DNA of 56,336 bases from Patescibacteria group bacterium (lineage in GTDB: Bacteria; Patescibacteriota; Patescibacteriia; UBA1558; GWA2-36-10), in NCBI GenBank assembly GCA_041662585.1, contig JBAZSG010000003.1:99011-155346 (forward strand), read 5' to 3'. The position numbers and the translations under genes were made by a program. Under the pieces are notes generated by a model. It made no database searches and was not told the DNA's origin. It saw nothing but the letters and a program-made list of their open reading frames with translations. Positions 54,333 through 56,336 of this stretch are shown here, in pieces (position 1 is the stretch's first letter; each line of letters begins with the position of its first letter).

Positions 54333-54717
54333 CATCAAGTGCTTTATTAACCAGCGCATCAGCTTCTTGATTATATTCTCGTCTCACATGAGAAAAATCA
54401 ATTTTTTTAAACTTTAAACTAAGATTCCAAACTCTGACAAATATCTTAGACAACTCTTTATCTTTTACTTTGTATTCTTTATTAAGCTGTTTTGCGACTA
54501 ATTCACTATCTAAATAGCATTTTAAATCTGTAATATTGTTTTTTATAGCCAATTTTAAACCATGTTCTAAGGCTTGATATTCAGCTTGATTATTGGTTGT
54601 TTCACCAATATATTTGGAAAAATCGGCTATTTTATTATCTCCAGCAAAAAATACACCACCAATAGCTGCTGGTCCAGGATTACCACGAGAACCTCCGTCT
54701 GTAAAAAGTTTAACCAT
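54322..54717 (-). CDS. rnhA: ribonuclease HI family protein
   Basis: LFTDGGSRGNPGPAAIGGV, NNQAEYQALEHGL and NQEADALVN (DEDD catalytic pattern). Confidence 0.85.
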   Translation of the reverse strand: MVKLFTDGGSRGNPGPAAIGGVFFAGDNKIADFSKYIGETTNNQAEYQALEHGLKLAIKNNITDLKCYLDSELVAKQLNKEYKVKDKELSKIFVRVWNLSLKFKKIDFSHVRREYNQEADALVNKALDEQA

Positions 54718-56336
54718 TGTTTTTAATATCTTTGATGATTAATTGTATTTCTCTATTACCATTCCATTGATTAATACTCAAATTATAGACTATATCAATT
54801 TTATCGCCTAGTTCCAATTTTATATCCCCTAGTCCAAAAGCAATAGCTCCTTTTTTGTTGTTGCCTTTGGCTATTTCCAACTTCAAATGCTTACCATCGT
54901 TACCAACTTGTCTAAGACTAGTAACAGACAATCCAGTTGACATAAATAATGGCTCTGGATTCATCTGCCCAAAAGGACGAAATTTTTCCAATAAATCTAC
55001 CAATTCCCAAGATATATCTTCAAAATTTATACACAATTCTATATCTAGTTTTGCTTTAAATTCTACATTTTTAAGTTTATCAGTAGCCAAAGCCTTCATC
55101 TTTTTTTCAAACTCTTCTCTTTTGCTAGGATCCATAGAAAAACCACAAGCCTGAGGATGACCACCATATTTTACAAGCAAATTTTCATTGGCTTGTAAAG
55201 CTTCAATCACATTAAATTCTGGAATACTTCTGCCAGAACCTATAATATTACCGTCTACTTCCGTCATTACAAAAACTGGTCTAGAATGTTCACGAACCAA
55301 TCTTCCAGCTACCAAACCTGTCAGACCACTTGACCAATGTGGATTATAAAAAACCAATAAAGAATCATGTTCATCAATAATCTGAAGCTTAGCTTCGCGT
55401 ACAATATTTTCAGTAAGTTTTTGTCGATCCAAATTGGATTGATTTAATTCACTGGCCAATTTAGTAGCTTTGTCTTCATCTTCCTCAATCATCAAATAAT
55501 AAGCCAAATTGGCATGGTCCATGCGACCAGCAGCATTTATTCTTGGCGCCAATGAAAAACCAATAGCTCTAGTGTCTACTTTTTCAATTTCTAGATTAGC
55601 AACCTCTATCAATTTTTTCATTCCCAAACGTTGTGTTTTTTTCAAAACCAACATTCCATATTTTAGTAATGTCCTGTTTTCTCCCAAAAGTGGCACCATA
55701 TCAGCCACAGTAGCTACAGCTACCATGTCCAATAACCATTTTTCATTAATTTCTTTTTCTTTATCAGATAATTCATTTTTGACATGGGATAATAGTGCTT
55801 GAGCCAATTTAAAAGCCACCCCTCCACCAGCCAAAAATTTGAAAGGATATTTTTCTCCCTTTATCTGAGGATGAATAATGGCCAAAGCTTTGGGTAATTC
55901 ATCGGGAATAGTATGATGATCTGTAATGATGACATCAATACCTTTTTCATTGGCCAAGGCAACTTCTTTGGCATTAGAAATGCCACAATCGCAAGTAATT
56001 ATTACTTTGGTATTAACAGCCAGCTCCTCTACAGCTTTAAAATTTAAGCCATAGCCTTCTTTTTCACGATGTGGTAAATACACTTCTACATTGGCACCGA
56101 GATTTTTAAGCACTGAACGCAGTATAACCGACGAAGAAACACCATCGGCATCATAATCTCCATAGATGGTAATCAAATCTTGATCTTTGATAGCCTTATA
56201 TATCCTTTGACAAGCGATTTCCATATCTTTAAAAAGATGTGGATCATGAATATCCTGACTATAATCAGGATTTAAAAATTCATCAATTTGTTCTTGAGTT
56301 TTTAGACCACGATTGTACAATAGCTGAACTACAACT
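54710..56336 (-). CDS. recJ: single-stranded-DNA-specific exonuclease RecJ (5' end outside window)
   Basis: DHH motifs are GDYDADGVSS, DCG and ITDHH, and the DHHA1 motif is GGHPQACG. The frame stays open upstream of the TTG at 56320 (…VVVQLLYNRG), so the true start lies beyond the right edge. Confidence 0.9.
   Translation of the reverse strand, partial: VVVQLLYNRGLKTQEQIDEFLNPDYSQDIHDPHLFKDMEIACQRIYKAIKDQDLITIYGDYDADGVSSSVILRSVLKNLGANVEVYLPHREKEGYGLNFKAVEELAVNTKVIITCDCGISNAKEVALANEKGIDVIITDHHTIPDELPKALAIIHPQIKGEKYPFKFLAGGGVAFKLAQALLSHVKNELSDKEKEINEKWLLDMVAVATVADMVPLLGENRTLLKYGMLVLKKTQRLGMKKLIEVANLEIEKVDTRAIGFSLAPRINAAGRMDHANLAYYLMIEEDEDKATKLASELNQSNLDRQKLTENIVREAKLQIIDEHDSLLVFYNPHWSSGLTGLVAGRLVREHSRPVFVMTEVDGNIIGSGRSIPEFNVIEALQANENLLVKYGGHPQACGFSMDPSKREEFEKKMKALATDKLKNVEFKAKLDIELCINFEDISWELVDLLEKFRPFGQMNPEPLFMSTGLSVTSLRQVGNDGKHLKLEIAKGNNKKGAIAFGLGDIKLELGDKIDIVYNLSINQWNGNREIQLIIKDIKNNG

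Noticed and set aside
1-56336. Alternative genetic code (UGA recoding, as in some CPR lineages)
   Set aside because: TGA terminates well-delimited genes (for example 3751-3753 and 4280-4282), and conserved proteins translate full length with code 11, so no recoding is needed.

Overview
The window is AT-rich: spot counts of ordinary 60-nt lines give about 27-30% G+C. It is extremely gene-dense. About 55 protein genes are present, and all but four ORF-track genes and one candidate 31-codon sORF lie on the minus strand, with gaps of a few nt or overlaps of 1-23 nt. The standard code applies, since both TAA and TGA close long ORFs. No rRNA, CRISPR array, transposase, integrase or prophage gene was seen. 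By inference only (no database search was possible), the gene content points to a reduced-genome Patescibacteria/CPR-type bacterium. That content includes an archaeal-type AMP phosphorylase, DUF4012, TrbC/VirB2-like mini-pilins, TraG/VirD4-like ATPases with an unusual membrane N-domain, a sigma region 4 + HARE-HTH protein and a CBS-less IMPDH.

Left to right, the window contains:
- alaS (partial).
- A stand-alone structured RNA of unrecognised class.
- A small plus-strand island with G+C-rich genes: an HD-type alarmone hydrolase, a GreA paralog and a membrane protein.
- Purine salvage genes guaB-add-guaA.
- A strongly signalled 31-codon sORF.
- An operon of mnmA, AMP phosphorylase and a split TraG/VirD4-like ATPase.
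- A sigma-like regulator.
- secDF, where SecD carries an inserted parvulin domain.
- ddl, a methyltransferase, a beta-propeller protein and uppS.
- Three tandem VirB2-like pilin genes.
- tRNA-Gln and dnaX.
- A fused paralog of the ATPase system.
- lepA and an envelope glycopolymer cluster (murJ, DUF4012, four GT4 genes, a priming transferase) with rnpB embedded in it.
- mreB2-greA-mrdA-mreDCB-proS.
- rseP, frr, a BNR lipoprotein, holB, rnhA and recJ (partial).

The most interesting signals are:
- Paralogous fused and split T4CP-like ATPases, together with the tandem pilins.
- The permuted parvulin domain inside SecD.
- The unclassified RNA gene at 1642-1910.
- A structured element abutting tRNA-Gln.
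- An A10 slippery tract at the tau/gamma boundary of dnaX.

All family names rest on motifs I recognised by eye. Several ORF-track starts were TTG extensions, and I trimmed these to the first ATG.
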